From NCBI GenBank assembly GCA_040954595.2, contig CM082590.2, positions 682,001-746,000 of the forward strand: 64,000 bases of DNA, given 5' to 3'. Below are positions 24,201 through 37,414 of the stretch, in pieces. A program made the translations under genes and the position numbers. Each line of letters starts with the position of its first letter. The stretch's first letter is position 1. The notes under the pieces were generated by a model, which made no database searches, was not told where the DNA came from, and was given only the letters and a program-made list of their open reading frames with translations. This stretch comes from Balanoglossus misakiensis. Taxonomy: Eukaryota; Animalia; Hemichordata.

Positions 24201-27200
24201 CAAGCATATACCAGAGACTTCATTCCTATCGATAGATCACACATCCCTACATCAGACACAGCCAAGAGATGGTCTCATCTGCAGAGTATAGTTCATGAGC
24301 TCGCCCCCCTGCAAGGTTGCGAAGTAGGTTTGCTCATCAGCTACAATTACCCACAAGCACCAAGAGAGACTATAATTGGAGGAAGTAATGAACCTTATGC
24401 TGTCAAAACAGACCTGGGATGGAGCATTGTTGGGTATGAAGATCCAGTCCTACACAACAATACACACTTCTGCAATTGCGTCTCTGTGAAGGAGATTCCC
24501 TTCATATCTCCCAAGCAAGTCATAGATGCATTAGAGTCCGACTTTTCAGAAAAGAGTCATGGCGAGAAAGCCATTTCACAGGAGGACATCCAATTCCTCA
24601 ACATTCTAGAGACTGGCATACAACAAACAGAGGATGGTCAGTACAGTATGCCACTTCCGTTCAAATCACGAAAACCATCACCGCCGAACAACCGAAGAGC
24701 AGCAGAGATACGCCTGCAACATTTGAAGAAGAGATTCAACAGTGATCTAAAGTATTATTCCGACTACAAGAGATTCATGGAAGAAGTTCTAGAGAGAGGT
24801 GACGCAGAGAGAGCAGACCCCCAAAGACAGAGATGAAACAGTCTGGTACATACCGCACCACGGTGTGTATCATCCCCACAAACCAGAGAAAAAACGGGTG
24901 GTCTTCGATTGCTCAGCGCGCTAAGGTGGAACCTCCCTGAATGATCATCTACTCACTGGACCGGACTTGATAAACAGTTTGGTTGGTGTATTATGCAGGT
25001 TCAGGAAACACCCTATAGCAGTAGCATGTGACATAGAGAAGATGTTTCATCAGTTCCTCGTACACGAAGCAGATAGAGATTACCTAAGGTTCCTATGGTG
25101 GGAGAACGGCGATATCAACACAGAACCCCAGGAATATCGCATGAAAGTACACCTGTTCGGAGCCGCATCATCTCCCGCATGTGCAAATTACGGTCTGAAG
25201 CATCTTGCAAATGAAAACAAGATAGAGTTTCCCCTAGCAGCGAGTTTCCTGCAAGAGAACTTCTATGTAGACGATGGCCTCACCAGTACAAACTCTACAG
25301 ACGAAGCAATAAAGGTGATAGAAGAAGCACAGAGTGTGTGCGCCAGAGGAGGATTACATCTCCACAAGTTTATTTCGAACAGCAGAGAAGTAATGGACGC
25401 TATCCCTGTTGGTGAAAGAGCCAGTGGTGTAAAGAATGTATATTTGAGTCTTGACAGCCTACCAGTAGAGAGAGTGCTAGGGATCCAGTGGTGTGTAGAA
25501 ACAGACATGTTCAAATTCAACATAGAGGCCAAGGATCAACCCCCCACACGTCTTGGAATCCTGTCTACAGTAGCCTCAAGCTACGATCCGCTCAGCTTCC
25601 TTGCTCCATTCATCCTGATTGGCAAGAGAATTCTTCAAGATATGTGTCAGAAGAATATCAGCTGGGATGAGCCATTACCTGAACACTTACATCCAGTGTG
25701 GAACAAGTGGAAGGCAGATTTTGAGAATTTGAGAGAAATTCACATTCCATGGAGCTATATCCCTCCCGACTTTGGAACGGTCCTGAAAACGGAACTACAC
25801 CACTTTTCAGATGCGAGCAGTAGCGGGTACGTACAGTGTTCTTACCTTCGCGTCATCGGTCACAACCAAGTACACTGCTCATTAGTTGTTGGAAAGGCCA
25901 GAGTTGCTCCAATCAAGATAGTCACTATTCCACGCCTGGAGCTGACTGCAGCAGTAGTGTCTGCAAACGTAAGCAGTAAACTCAAAGAAAGGTTAAACAT
26001 CAATATTGACGAAGAGTACTTCTGGACAGACTCACAGGTGGTGTTGAGATACATCAAAAATGAAGCCAGAAGATTCCATGTATTCGTAGCCAATAGAATC
26101 CAGAGAATCAGACAAGTTTCCGAGCCAAGTCAGTGGCATTACATTCCCACTGGAATGAATCCAGCAGACCACGCGTCGAGAGGAGTCTTTGCATCTGAGT
26201 TGCAAAACTCAAACTGGTTCAAGGGACCTGATTTTCTAAGGGAGAGAGAGTTGGAATTGGTAGAGGAACCAGCCTACGAATTGAATATCGGAGACCCAGA
26301 GGTGAAGAATGTGACAACTCTCACAACTTCTACGCAAAGGGAACCGTTCAACATAGAGAACCGCATGTCCTGTTTCTCCGTATGGTCAAAAGCAGTTGGA
26401 GCAGTAGCACGTATCAGAAGAATATTGAGAAACAGAAAGGGTAGCAACGCTCCATCCAACCCAAAAGAGAGAGAGGAAACAGAAAGATTTATCGTCAAAG
26501 CAATCCAAGGTCAAGCCTTTGGTAAGGAAATCATGGCGCTAAAGAAGTCATCCAAGGTGAACAGAAACAGTAACGTCTACAGTCTCAACACATTCCTTGA
26601 TGAAACTGGTGTTTTGAGAGTTGGAGGCCGCTTGAAGAATATCAAGACTCCAGATACAGTCAAACACCCAGCCATTCTGCCTAGAGAAAGCCATGTCACA
26701 AGATTGATCATTTCCCACTATCACAGTAAAGTTCAGCACCAATGAAGGGGAATGACACTCAACAGTATTCGAGCCAATGGTTATTGGATCATTAGAGGAA
26801 TAAAGGTCGTATCCTCTCACATTCACAAATGCATTACATGCCGTCGACTTCGCCGCCCAGTTGAAGAGCAGAAAATGGCAAACCTTCCAGAAGATAGAGT
26901 GGAACCGGCACCCCCTTCACCTACAGTGGTATGGACTGCTTCGGTCCCTTCATAGTGAGAGATGGAAGGAAGCAACAGAAGAAGTATGGTCTTCTATTCA
27001 CATGTATGTGTTCAAGGGCCATCCACATCGAGATGCTTGACGACATGTCCACAGATTGCTTTATCAACAGCCTGCGATGTTTCATTGCTATACGAGGTTG
27101 TGTACGACAGCTACGGTCGGATCATGGAAGCAACTTCGTGGGAGCGAAGAACGAATTTTAAGAAGCCCAAAGAGAATTGGATGTAGAAAGAGTTCAAGTA

Positions 27201-28561
27201 TATCTTACAGAGCAACAGTGTGAGTTCACCATGAACTCCCCCCATGCCAGTCATGCAGGTGGTGTATGGGAACGACAAATTAGAACAGTCAGAAGTGTTT
27301 TGTTTTCACTTCTACAGTAGTCTTCAGGACGTCTAGACTCGGCATCGCTACGTACATTCCTGTATGAAGTCATGGCCATTGTAAACAGTCGTCCACTCAC
27401 AGCAGAGACCCTCAATGACCCTATAAGTCCAGAACCTCTTACTCCAAATCATATACTCACCATGAAGTCCTCATCAGCTTTGCCACCCCCTGGTACATTT
27501 GTAAAGGAAGACTTGTACATCAGAAAACGCTGGAGGAGAGTGCAGTATCTGGCAGAACAGTTTTGGGGCAGATGAAAGCATGAATACCTGAATACCCTCA
27601 TGAAATGCCAGAAGTGGAACACACCCAAGAGAAATGTAAAGGTGGGAGATGTCGTCCTAGTAGGTGATGATCAACTCCATCGTATGGAATGGCCACTGGG
27701 CATAGTAACGAAGACTATAGAGAGTGATGATTGCCTGGTGAGGAGAGCTATGATTCAACTTGGTACGAAGAGACTTGACAAGAAGGGCAGACGAGAGAAC
27801 AAGCTGTCACTTTTGGAGAGACCAGTCCAGAAACTGATTGTTTTGCTTGAACGAGAGTGAAGATATGAACTAGTTGTAGTCGATCATTATGCCTGAACTT
27901 TTAAATTTCTTATGGCATAAGTAATTTGGTGGGAGTGTAGCTGCATAGAGATCGACTTTTGAAGTTTTGTGAGCAATAGCGCCCACTAGAGTTTTTGTAG
28001 TTTTGTTGTTGGAATCTGATTTCCCATGATTCAGCGGCAGCCATCTTTTTTTTCTATTTTCCTTTGACTTATATGCATCAAACGGAGGTGAAAATCGCCA
28101 TCATTTCTTAGCGTACCAACTGATAGGCCCACGAGGTAACACATTTTCCCAGTTTGTATTTTGTGAGTTTACATATGAGACGTACACGCGTTTAGAGCCT
28201 ATATAGAGATTTTATTCCATCGTTTATGTCATGATGCGGAGAGCATTGTGCAATCGATGCCATTTTGGACTATACACGGACATGTTTGTTTGTTGCACTT
28301 TGAGCGCGATCGCAGTGAAAGGACATTATGAACAGTCATTGGCTGTATGCCTTGAACTATATTTCGCGTTCATACATCAGCTCTGTTTGCTGACGTTTTG
28401 CAGTTTTGCTTGCTTATTTTCACGAGATCTTACGGTGTTGGCTTACATACGGTGTTGGTCTATAACAGTAAACGGTGTTAACGACAGAGAGCCACATTAA
28501 AGAGATATGCCACATCAGTCAAGAACGTGTCCGCCTAAATAAATTGGTTGGTGCTGCTACA
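21233..28561 (+). mobile_element. BEL/Pao LTR retrotransposon, full length but inactivated
   Basis: LTRs at 21233-21796 and 27936-28561 (TGT...ACA), 5-bp TSD CCGGT, PPT ggtgggag at 27928-27935. It interrupts the Gypsy RT between ERVFTG and MQWEILLLYLDD. Confidence 0.95.
22112..27860 (+). pseudogene. BEL/Pao gag-pol polyprotein (stops and frameshifts)
   Basis: Three Cys-His knuckles, protease ALLDTQS, RT FYVDD, Pao RNase H HFSDAS...TIPRLEL...WTDS...NPAD, integrase MDCFGPF...SDHGSNF. Confidence 0.92.
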
Positions 28562-28566
28562 CCGGT

Positions 28567-29140
28567 AAAGACGCGCTCCATCAGACGTTCAAACCTACTA
28601 GGGGCATTACACAACCCAGACGGGAGCACCCTCCACTGATAGAGTCCACTGCGCGTGACAAATGCGGTCTTTTCTTTAGATCCCTCGTCCAGTTTTACCT
28701 GCCAATACCCTGCTTGAAGGTCTAGTGTAGAAAACCATTCCGACCCGTACAACGCATCTAAAGAATCATTTATTCGTGGTATAGGTATCTTTAATTGACA
28801 CAGCGTTCAATTTTCTATAATCAACGCACAATCTTTGTGACCCATCTTTCTTACTAACAAGTACACATGGGGCTGCCCATGGACTAGTTGATTCTTCTAT
28901 CAAACCCCGCTGTAACAAGTCAGAAACCTGTCATTCTATTTCTTCCCGTTTCCATACCTGAGTTCGATATGCAGTTTGCCTTACTGGCGTGGCATTATTG
29001 GTTTCAATTTTATGTCGAATGATCCCAGCCTTACCAATATCATGATCTCCCTGACTAAACACATCATGGTACTGTGTCAACATCTTTGAAACCCTTTCCT
29101 GTTGGTAAACTGATAAATTTTTGCAACTTCTTGTGTATAA
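28567..29140 (-). pseudogene. Gypsy pol, RT N-terminal half
   Basis: FSTLDLQAGYWQV...KTAFVTRSGLYQWRVLPSGLCNAP; upstream HKIET and SPWAAP motifs. Confidence 0.9.
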
Positions 29141-30606
29141 TTATATATATATTTATTTCAGTATCTTAGGTCACCGGCCTTCATACAATAATTAAACTGA
29201 TAAATATACAGACATGCAGTGGGGCTTACATTGACATAATAGATACAATGCCATCAAAACAGAAATAGACGTGTATTATCTCTTAACTTAAAACATAATA
29301 AATAAACTTTGCCAGATTTACTAAGGTGTGGGGGTTTTGAGAGTTTAACAGGCTAGAGTATTTCTTCAATGAGGGTTGCTGATAGTGGAATGGTGAGAGA
29401 AAACGTGTTCTTAATTCCTTGTAGATGGGACAAATAAGACAAAAGTGAAATTCCGTTTCAACTTGCTGTAAAGTACAAGACTGACAAATTCTGTTTTCTC
29501 TTGTTAACCCTTCAAAACGGCCACTCTCTATTAAAAGTTTGTGGTTTGAAATTCTAAATTTACAAAGGGTGACTCTAAATAGCTCAATATTTACACAATT
29601 CAAATATTTTTCAAAAGACAAGTTATTTTTAAAAAAACGATAAGAATCCATCTTAGTGGAATTGACCAATTCACTGTGCCATACCTGCTGACCAATATCC
29701 AGGCATCTTTGTTTAAAATTTGAAAGAAAAAGACATTCGTTTCCCACAGCCTGTGACTCCGTGGCAATACCAAAACCAAAATAAAATAAAAGGTCTTTAA
29801 CCTTTTTGGCCCAACAATTACAACCTTTGTCTGCCATTTCACGTTGGTAATCATAACATTGCTTAGTATATCTATAATTGTCGCTATGAATTAATTTTAC
29901 CCAGTATTTAATAATGCGTGGTAGACGAAGCGTTTTCAAAGATTGTCTGCCCAGTTCACCCAAGACAGCTAAATTGGTTGACCTTGAACTAACCTTGAGT
30001 ATATATTTACAGAAATCTATTTGAATTTTTTCAACATCCTTACCCTCATGAAAACCCCATACTTCACTACTGTACATAAGTATTGGAAGAATTTTTTCAG
30101 TCGAAAATTCGTAGAGCTAGCTCTATGTCTATGTTTTTAAACTGACTCAGATATCTTTTAATATTGTACATAGCTTTGTTTAGCAAGGATTTCTTGAGCC
30201 TTTGTCCAGATTCCTGAACAAGACAAGGTCAGACCGGGGTAGTTAAAATACGGTACTGTCTGAACCTGGACCCCATTCAATGTCCATCTCTCGTAATTTT
30301 TCAACCTTCCCCCACTCCTGAAGACAACAATTTTTGTCTTGGACCCATTAACTTTTAGTTTCCATCTGTTACAATAAATACACAATTTGTTAAGCTGTCT
30401 TTGTAGTCCAATTACTGAATTACCTACAATTGTTAAATCGTCAGCAAAGCAAAGATACAAGAGCTTCAAAATTCCTACATAAACACCATTAAACATGCCA
30501 TTTTTGAGGGTTTCGCAAAGATCATCGATGAAAAGATTAAATAATAATGGGGACAAAACAGATCCTTGTTGCACACCATAAGTACACTGGAAAAAGTTTG
30601 TAATCC
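29141..30606 (-). mobile_element. 5'-truncated APE-type LINE (RTE-X-like)
   Basis: QGSVLSPLLF...FADD; SEVWG...GELGR; C-terminal CxxC...H...C; AATAAA and (TA)n tail; 11-bp TSD CTTGTGTATAA at 29130-29140 and 30607-30617. Clade name is a motif-based guess. Confidence 0.85.
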
Positions 30607-31263
30607 CTTGTGTATAAATCCACTACATGACCCGGAAGAGGAACATTGCTCCCAGGGCAGGCTTTTGCCTCTTCAGTGCCAGAGGGTGCTCTATCACTGT
30701 CATTACCCCAAGATTCAACTGCACACTGATCGTTTCGGAGTAATCCCACAACAGTACCAGCCCTCACATGTACAGGTTCAACACTAGCATTGAGAACTCT
30801 AACTGGTAAATGGGTAGATCTCGTGGTCACTAAAGCTTTACATGTTATAATGCCTTGCTCCAGCAATTTACCCCCTTGTACTGGTAACACAACCGCTGTA
30901 AGACAAGTATCTGGGGAAGACTTATCTGTTCTCCCCACCCAGGTCGAATGAATTCTCATTCCCTGTGCACACCCACCTCCAACCTTTGCTGGTCCCGCAA
31001 ACCAAGGTTCACTGGCGATGGTAGTCCTACACATTTTAGCCGAAATAATCATTTCATGTCCAGGGGGGACAAAAACGTCTCCCGCTACCTTTACACGACA
31101 AATGAACGGTTTCATTGTACCAGTGTTACTACATAAATTCAACCGTTCCCCTTTAATGACTAGCTCCCCTGTCCCTGTATCAATAATACACCCAATTGAA
31201 TGTAGAAAGCTCATACCAATAATGCCATCAGAGCATAGTTCAGCTACTAATACCGGAGAGATT
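30607..31263 (-). pseudogene. Gypsy protease C-terminal half and PR-RT spacer
   Basis: ISPVLVAELCSDGIIGMSFL...; continues from 44041. Confidence 0.8.
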
Positions 31264-32612
31264 AATAGAATCTCACACTCCCAAGGACCTGGGATCGTAT
31301 TTCTCACACGAGTTGGGGATTTTTTGTATCCCCGACGAGTGTGAGAAATACGATCCCAGGTCCTTGGTGTGTGAGATTCTTTTTCTCACACGACCAGAAA
31401 TTTGCGATATTAACGTTTATTTACAACAAAAGAACTAAATCTCTAAAATACCAACTGATAACTGCATGACCGGCCATATATTGATCCGCCCTGCAAAACA
31501 TAGTCCCCATTTCATCACGAGTTTACAGTACACACATGCTACAAAAATGTGCCCAACACATTAAAATATGGAGATTGTTTCCTGTGGCATAAATTCGCGC
31601 GATATCTAGACAAGTGACCTATCGGTCAAAAGAGCTCTGCTGACTTTAACAGTGAAACCTATAGCTGGGCAATGATATGAATACCCTAGGTTTTAATCAT
31701 AACTGTTGTATTCTATTAAAATACAAAAACAAAAAACAAAAAAAACCTTTGAACCCCAGGGCCCTGAGAGCTTGAGAAACATTTTTAGGTACCTTTTAGA
31801 ATTACAGCTGGCTTCTAAAATTATCAAGGATAACCCCGTATAACCATATATTTTTGGAATCGCCATAGAACTATTGTCCCAAAACTATGCAAATTAAGAT
31901 CATGTGACCTCATTATATATTCAAAATGGCCACCAGAATGTAAAACACTGGATATTTTTTCATATATTTATATATTTTCCTAGTAGATCTTCAAAAAATC
32001 ATGATTTTCCATCACCAAACCTTTGTTTTATAACAAATCACAATGAACTGACATGAAATTGCTCATAATACTTGAAGATACACTGGTATTTCACTCAGTC
32101 TGGCTCATCAAGTATGCAGCAAACAAAAGACCTTGGATAAGGTTTAGGGACGTCATCACATCATCTGGCATAACATTTAGTACTTGAAATTATCAAAGAT
32201 TACTCCCAATAACCATATATTTTTGAAATCACCATAAAACTGTTGTCCCAAAAATATGCAAATTAAGATCATGTGACCTCATTATATATTCAAAATGGCC
32301 ACCAGAATGTAAAAAACTGGATATTTTTTTTATATATTTATATATTTTCCTAGTAGATCTTCAAATTATTATCATTTCCCAACACTAAACTTTGCCTGAT
32401 AACAAATCAGAATGAACTGAAATAAAATTGTTTATAATATTTGAAGATAAAGACGTATTTCCCCCCATTCTGTGTAAGTTTACAAGCCAGTCATATCGCA
32501 GTATATACAGTTACTTGGCAATCATTGCAGAACTGAACATAAAACTGATCACAGTTTGCAAAGTCTATGACATAACATGCAAGAACACAAGAAAACACAA
32601 TTATATTGAAAT

Positions 32613-34110
32613 AAAAATAGCGTCAAGGACATTGTGGTCCCATTTGAGGACATAGCACGTAGCAACATAGCAATAAGCATATCTGCTCTGGATGCCAAGA
32701 TATGGAAAAGTAGGTTAAAGGTCACCTGAGGTCATGCAAAATTTGGGCAAGAAATTTTGACCCTATACTGGTCCATGTTCAACAAATCCAAACCTATAGC
32801 CCAATTGGTTAGCCTGGAATTAGGTATGCACATAATTAATGAGATATGCAGGTGTCACAGGTGACCCCCAATTTTGGCTTTTCAATTATAGTCCCAACCC
32901 TCCAAACGCCATGTCTGTACCTGCTCTGGATGCCAAGATATGGTAAAGTAGGTCAAAGGTCACCTGAGGTCATGCAAAATTTGGCAAGAAATTTTGACCC
33001 TATACTGGTCCATGTTCAACAAAAACCAAACCTATAGCCTTATTGGTTAGCCTGGAATTAGGTATGCACATAATTAATGAGATATGCAGGTGTCACAGGT
33101 GACCCCCAATTTTGGCTTTTCAATTTTAGTCCCAACCCTCCAAACGCCATGTCTGTACCTGCTCTGGATGCAAAGATATGGTAAAGTAGGTCAAAGGTCA
33201 CCTGAGGTCATGCAAAATTTGGGCAAGAAATTTTGACCCTATACTAGTCCATGTTCAACAAAAACCAAACCTATAGCCTTATTGGTTAGCCTGGAATTAG
33301 GTATGCACATAATTAATGAGATATGCAGGTGTCACAGGTGACCCATATTTTGGCTTTTCAATTTTAGTCCCAACCCTCCAAACGCCAAGTCTATACCTGC
33401 TCTGGATGCCGAGAAATGGTAAAGTAGGTCAAAGGTCACCTGAGGTCACCCAAAATTTGGGCAAGAAATTTTGACCCTATACTGGTCCATGTCCCACAAG
33501 AACGAAACCTCTAGCCCTATTAGCTAGCCCGGAATTAGGTATGCACATAATTAATGTATTAAGCAGGTGTTACAGGTGAGCCCCAAAATTTGCCTTTTCT
33601 TTTGGCCCCATTGTGTTCACTGACCAATAGACAGTCACTGTACAGGACTATTGCACAGACCAGAATTCCACAATAAGACGTGGACATAGCTTAACCATAG
33701 AGGTATAAGTAAAGGTAAAAATTTAATAAAAAGACTAAAAAATTCATAAAAAATAAAACATGATATTAACTTAACACTTACAGGTCGATGTGAGGTTGAC
33801 ATAAGGTACATGCATACCAATTTTTAAAGCAATCTGACCAGTAGTTGTTGACTTTCAGAGTTTTGACAAATTTCACATTTTACTGGCTAATTTGCATATT
33901 TTGGGGCCTGGCAACTTCGTTTTAACAAACTCCCATCTACAGCCCTGCCTGCATCTGCACACCAAATATCAAGGTGATACGCGCAGCGGTTTTCAAGTTT
34001 TTGCTGTGGACGGACATACATACATACATACATCCATACATACATACATACAGACGCAACCGATCCCATAAGGTCCCATGGTATATAGGCCTATACCAAT
34101 GACACCTAAA
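32613..34110 (-). mobile_element. HINE family B copy carrying about four 238-bp tandem repeats (32680-33610)
   Basis: Reverse complement of the family B termini. Repeat anchor aaagtaggtcaaaggtcacc recurs near 32707, 32945, 33183 and 33421. Confidence 0.75.
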
Positions 34111-34836
34111 AACCAATATTTATTTTATTCTTTCCTGCTATAACAAAATTTAAAAAATAAACAAAGGAAGTGCAAAAAATATCAGGCCAAAAACCATCAG
34201 AATATTGTGCGTGAAACATGTTTTGGAAACCTGGGGGGGGGGGGGGGGGGGCAAAGACATGTGCAAAATGGGGCTGTGATGATTCCATCATGTCACTGTC
34301 GCTGTCTGTTGTCACTGTCCGAGATATCCATGTCATCCATACGTCGTCCTTTCCCATCTACCAACAGTTACTCTGAAGAAAATAAAACAGAACGACTGCA
34401 GTATTCAAAGTGCATCATAACATGATTTTTTTCTATCACCAGGTTGCTATGAAGAAAACAAAAAGGCATTGTCTACACTATTTTGAATCTAATCTCCTAT
34501 ATTTTATTCTCGGAAAAATTAACCCTATATAAACACTGAAATGGACCCATTATCTCATCTGATACTGACAACTCTTATACACTGCAAATATAGACCGTTG
34601 CAGTTACACAATATACAAACCATAGATGTTGACATGGTATTATACACTTCACTGGTCACAAGATGATTTACTCGGTGTTGTTGAAAATGTGAGCAATCTG
34701 ATGTATCATTATGCATACTAAAAGGGGCATTGACAGAACTAAGCCACAACATAGTATCAACCTGTAATGACAATACTGACTCATGAACAGCAGTTGTCCA
34801 CTTGGTCTGGAGACCATTGATGACATTACTTGCTGC

Positions 34837-35066
34837 TCAACGCCAGAACTCCACAAGGTCATGAAACCTGTCAAAGCAGGTCCTGCCATCGGCCCTATCC
34901 GTACTCTGTATGCATAAGAATACATCACATTGTACACATTTGAAGACAGATCTCGGGTATGACCTGTTCTGTACTCGTGCGATGTCTTCAGGACGGGCAG
35001 AGTGTCTGATGGTCTCACTACAAACAACACACTGTCGTCCACCAGTGGTCACTCGATAATATCGAA
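34837..35066 (-). pseudogene. piggyBac transposase C-terminal cysteine-rich domain
   Basis: RQCVVCS...RSVFKCVQCDVFLCI...TCFDRFH, preceded by an acceptor-like tract (tttttactaattgtaaag). Confidence 0.75.
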
Positions 35067-35358
35067 TCTTTACAATTAGTAAAAATTGTAAAAAAAAAAA
35101 ATCAGAAGTAAATTACATAATAAATTTATAAAAAACAAACAAATGAAAATTATAAAAATTTATCAGAATAAACACTGTATCTAAGAAATCTAATACTGGC
35201 CAACATATGTCACTTATAGAAAATATGGATCAATGCTTTTTTAACATGTATATTAGACAATATTTAAATAATAACACATGTTAGTGAGGGTAAACAGCGG
35301 TACACGTATGATCCAAACAAGTAGACACAGACTTGTTTGAAATATTACCTGAAAAAGT

Positions 35359-36454
35359 TCACTTCTCCGTTTTCTTCCTGTCTGTCGATTTTTTGGCATA
35401 AGCCGTGCAGTCATCCTTACGGTGTCCTATCTCATTGCACAGCAGGCATGCGTGGGTATATCTGCAACCTGCAGAGTAGCACTGAGCAGTGTTGTAACGA
35501 ATGCACGGTTTAAGTTTTTCTTCATCCTTTTTTCCGCGACCGGACTGTTTGTCTTTGTCCTTGCGATCGCGAAGCCTGGTAAGGGTGTCGCTTGGTCCAA
35601 AGGTCACGTTATTGGCGTCGGAATTGGAGGGGCCCCATTTTGCGCCAGTACATTCGATGTCGTCACGGTACTTGTTATCGTACAGCATACAGGCACTTGC
35701 CTTGTATTTGTTCGCTTTGCTGGCGATAAAAGTCAGGTGCTGTATATAACCTTCGATTTCGTCGGAGGACTGGTCAACCAGAATGCCAAGAATTTTCATG
35801 TTTCCTTCCCAGAACTGGGCCCAGTTAATTTCGTCAAATTCTTTGGCTTGTTTGCCATTATCAAGACGTATGAACTCATGAGGTCGTGGAACAGTGCGTC
35901 GTTTAGGCGCGAAAATGGTGGGTTTACAAATGTAACTATGTGAGCACTCACCAGTGTTGTGTTTCTGGGAAGAAACGGGAAGACGACTGAGTAACTGTTC
36001 GAGACTGTCCAGTTCTTGTGGTGAAGGTACATCAGACTTGCGTTTAGTAGAAGCCGCATCGGCCAAGGATGAGTTGGTGGTGGCCCCTGTCATGCCCGTG
36101 TCCACAAACTTTGGAGAAGAATTGATGGGTTGTGGAGAGACGCTTGAGGGAGGCTCCATTTTCCCCCTTGGCGATGTCTGCGTACCAGCATGCAGAGAAT
36201 TGACTGCTTCACGAAGTAGGCAGCGTTGTCCGGGCAAAATGTCTAAATCGCGAAGGTCCTGTTCAAGCATCGCCTTCAAGGCGCGAAAGGTAGTGAAGCC
36301 ATTTTGAACCAGGCATGTGAAAGTCTTCGGACAGGCCAAATTCGTCCTTCGCCAGTTTTTCCATGCGAGTCAGTTCCGACTCGATCTTAGGCACTGATGA
36401 TGTCGATGATGTCGATGCTCGTTGTCGTCTGCTTCTGGCGATCTTCGTCGTCAT
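35359..36454 (-). pseudogene. DIRS/Ngaro-type gag-like ORF (one frameshift near 36325)
   Basis: SAM-like N-terminus (NGFTTFRALKAMLEQDLRDLDILPGQRCLLREAV), Y...YDNKYR...W core, C-terminal CIRYN...C...CRYTHACLLC...GH...C. No RT or tyrosine recombinase follows. Confidence 0.6.
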
Positions 36455-36609
36455 TTTTATTCAATCTCAACAACAACAACAAACTTACAGGTAACACTGC
36501 ATGCTACACTGGCTGGGAGAATTCGAATGAATGTAGGAAAACTAAGTGCGCATGCGTACAGGCTCTGGCTAATTATAATATTATAAGCAAGCTTATACTA
36601 CTCATAAAG

Positions 36610-36994
36610 TGTCCTTGGCGGGAATAAAATCTGATTCAATACAACTCATTGTGAATTTGATCAAATTTTCTAAAAATCTAACTTGCAAACACTGTTACTC
36701 CTCAATGGAAGCAGATAACGCTAAACTAAATTTTCGTTTTTTTGCATACTATGATGCATGATGCATGGTCAACCGTTTTACCTAATTTCAATTAAATGAC
36801 ATAATATCAATAAAATGTTGTTGTTTTTTAAACCCCAAAACGCCACCATTTCCGAGGGTCAATGAAATGTGCAACTCAAACAAAAGTTCAAAAACTCAGC
36901 TTCCAGAATATGTATGGTTTATAGGGGTTTTAATACTGTCTTTGAAGAGAAATAGGCCTCTGAAAAAGTCTTGACGGTTTCGTGCAATACCACA
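36610..36994 (-). mobile_element. One-ended copy of the Kolobok-like element at 5732-6460
   Basis: Reverse complement of about 5732-6135, with TTAA at 36995-36998. Confidence 0.8.
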
Positions 36995-37414
36995 TTAAGT
37001 ATTGAATTGATTTCCAAATTCTCTTCTTTTGGTGTTTCTTCTTGCGATTCATTTTGTCGTGTGCTACAAAATACGTTTATATTTGTAATGCAATGCAAGC
37101 AAAAAAAGAAAAGTAATGCGTTACTGGTGAATCGGAATCCGTGGCTGAATCTGAATCTGAAATCGACATAAACTTCGAAAACAAATATGGCGGGTAATAG
37201 GCAGTCACGATCTCGCACTTGCCATACAACGTAGTACGTCGTATTTTCTGCGGGAGTAATTTTGGCAACATTACACCTATTTGTAATCGTTATATTTAAT
37301 TATTATAATAATGATTTATTCGGATACTGTAGGCCTCCGGCCTCCTAGTAATCACAAAAGTCATACAAAGAAAAGTACAGAGGGACACTCAACTAGAAAC
37401 AAGTACAATCAGTA

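Noticed and set aside
35422-36307. Plus-strand ORFs of 117-173 aa, and similar ORFs opposite the retroelement genes
   Set aside because: They are antisense shadows of real coding frames and show no motifs.
37000-37200. Minus-strand mini-gene MSISDSDSATDSDSP with a CCGCCAT motif and splice-like sites
   Set aside because: The spliced frame stops after a few codons and I recognise no homolog.
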